From an uncultured bacterium (GTDB lineage: Bacteria; Verrucomicrobiota; Verrucomicrobiia; Verrucomicrobiales; DEV007), in the NCBI GenBank assembly GCA_963977015.1, contig CAXBMO010000001.1, positions 64,001 through 128,000 on the forward strand: DNA of 64,000 nucleotides, read 5' to 3'. Below, in pieces: positions 62,723 to 64,000 of this stretch. The position numbers and the translations under genes are program-made. How positions within the stretch are numbered: the first letter of the stretch is position 1; each line of letters begins with the position of its first letter. The notes below the pieces were generated by a model, which was not told the origin of the DNA, did not search any database, and was given only the letters and a program-made list of their open reading frames with translations.

Positions 62723-64000
62723 ATGCCGTCTCTTGATCAGCAACTACTTGAGTTGAAAGAGGATCCCAGAAATTGGGATCTGAGACTTGAGGTCATTGAG
62801 CGCCTTGCGGCGAAGGGAAACCTGGAGGAAGCACGCAAATTGGTTCGCGATTCGCCGGATGGTCCGGTGCCGTATCCCGTGCAAAAGCGGCTATGGTCTG
62901 CTCTCTCAGGAGAGTCTGACGTTCGGGTCATTTCCAAGGAAGATTCCGGTGTGAAACCGAATCTCGTGGCGAAGGCGAAAGTCTTGAATCCCGATGAAGA
63001 ATCAGTTCCTCCGAAGCCGGTTCCGTATCAACCAAAGGCAAAGTTGGATTCGGAGAAGGAGGCTCCGCAGGTTGTAGAGCCGAAGCCTCATCAGATTTCA
63101 AAACCCGATGCTGCCGAGAAAGAACCCCTCAAGATTGGCCTCAACAAATCCAAAGGCGACCCTGAAGCTGCGGCCGGGATTAAGTTGGAACCGTTGGATA
63201 AGGCGACGCTGCCGATCCGGAAGTCACCTCCAACGACCGGCAGCAAAATGTCGGCCCTCACCACGGCGATTGTGGCGCACCTGGGATTGATTCTGCTCTT
63301 TACGTTTGTGGCGATTCACGTGCCGGTTGCCCGGGCGCCGAAGATCACGGTTCTACCCGCGCCTCCCGGTGAAAAAGAGGAGGTGATGCGGAAGACCATC
63401 GTGCAAAAGACCGAGCTTTCGACGCCCGCCGCTCCATCGATGGCGGCTGCCGCAGTCATCACCGTCGCGGCGGCTTCTCCGGTAAAAGCGCCGCAAGTCC
63501 AACAGGATAGCCAACAACTCGACGTCAACGTGTTGGATACCGCGGTTGGCATGTCGATGGGCTTTAGTTTTGAAGGCGAAGGGCGCGAATCTGCGGTGAG
63601 CTTTTTTGGGATCGAGGGCGGTGGCCGCCGGATTGCGTTTCTGGTCGATGCGAATCCAGAAATGTTGCTCGATGAGAAGGGAGGCATGTTCGCCTACGAC
63701 AAGGTGAAGGCGGAGATCGCGGCGATGCTTTCCGCTCTGAATCGTGGAACCGCGTTCAACATCATTGTGTTTCAGGGCAAACGACTTTCGATGTTTCGGA
63801 GCGAACCCGTTCGCGCGCTTCCTTCCAATATCCATCGGGCCAAGCAATGGCTGGATCCTCTGAATCGGACGTATGAGGCGCTTGGGCTTCGGGAGGATTT
63901 TACGGAGGAAGGCATTCGTCCGGGAGCCGAGCCAATTGATCATCGAGACATCGCCTACTACTCAAAAGCGATTCAGGCTGCCCTGGAGCAAGACGTCAAC
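62723..64000 (+). CDS. Membrane protein with vWA-like domain (truncated by window end; absent from ORF track)
   Basis: My translation from ATG 62723 (MPSLDQQLL...) is open to the window end; Pro/Lys/Glu-rich region, TM (AIVAHLGLILLFTFVAI), then SFFGIEG..RRIAFLVDANPEM...FNIIVF. Confidence 0.8.
   Translation, partial: MPSLDQQLLELKEDPRNWDLRLEVIERLAAKGNLEEARKLVRDSPDGPVPYPVQKRLWSALSGESDVRVISKEDSGVKPNLVAKAKVLNPDEESVPPKPVPYQPKAKLDSEKEAPQVVEPKPHQISKPDAAEKEPLKIGLNKSKGDPEAAAGIKLEPLDKATLPIRKSPPTTGSKMSALTTAIVAHLGLILLFTFVAIHVPVARAPKITVLPAPPGEKEEVMRKTIVQKTELSTPAAPSMAAAAVITVAAASPVKAPQVQQDSQQLDVNVLDTAVGMSMGFSFEGEGRESAVSFFGIEGGGRRIAFLVDANPEMLLDEKGGMFAYDKVKAEIAAMLSALNRGTAFNIIVFQGKRLSMFRSEPVRALPSNIHRAKQWLDPLNRTYEALGLREDFTEEGIRPGAEPIDHRDIAYYSKAIQAALEQDVN

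Overview
Bacterial chromosomal window, most likely Verrucomicrobiota (PVC superphylum), judged from the protein families present. 1-10.1 kb holds housekeeping and envelope genes (thiE partial, PfkB kinase, gcvT, GT4, methyltransferase, vWA/GATase-like membrane protein, epimerase, amidase, YmdB). 10.4-23.8 kb is the core cluster tRNA-Thr, tuf, tRNA-Trp, secE, nusG, rplKAJL, rpoBC. 24-31 kb holds an ECF sigma/anti-sigma pair, a BON-OmpA + small membrane protein + membrane-anchored 4x helix-hairpin-helix operon, and two Gfo/Idh/MocA oxidoreductases. The main feature is a ~21 kb nitrogen-scavenging island at 31.5-52.3 kb. It joins a complete guanidine/urea carboxylase module (NikR-like regulator, cgdAB, carboxylase, allophanate hydrolase, porin, split ABC transporter) to an uncharacterised 10-enzyme cassette: Rieske oxygenase, SDR, Cys-less FGE-fold protein, CE4 amidohydrolase, TIM-barrel protein, aldehyde reductase, creatininase-family hydrolase, divergent GS-like ligase, AhpD/CMD protein and flavoprotein. 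Each of its six transcription units is preceded by a sigma-54 -24/-12 motif read directly from the DNA. I found no guanidine riboswitch by eye, and the NikR-like protein lacks three of four nickel ligands. 52.4-64 kb holds a heme-c/FG-GAP lipoprotein, a sulfatase, a large hybrid sensor kinase, a secreted protein, a sigma-54-preceded PII gene, a bpX4-like protein and a truncated vWA-like membrane protein. No rRNA, CRISPR array or mobile element was seen. All family assignments are by motif recognition, not database search.
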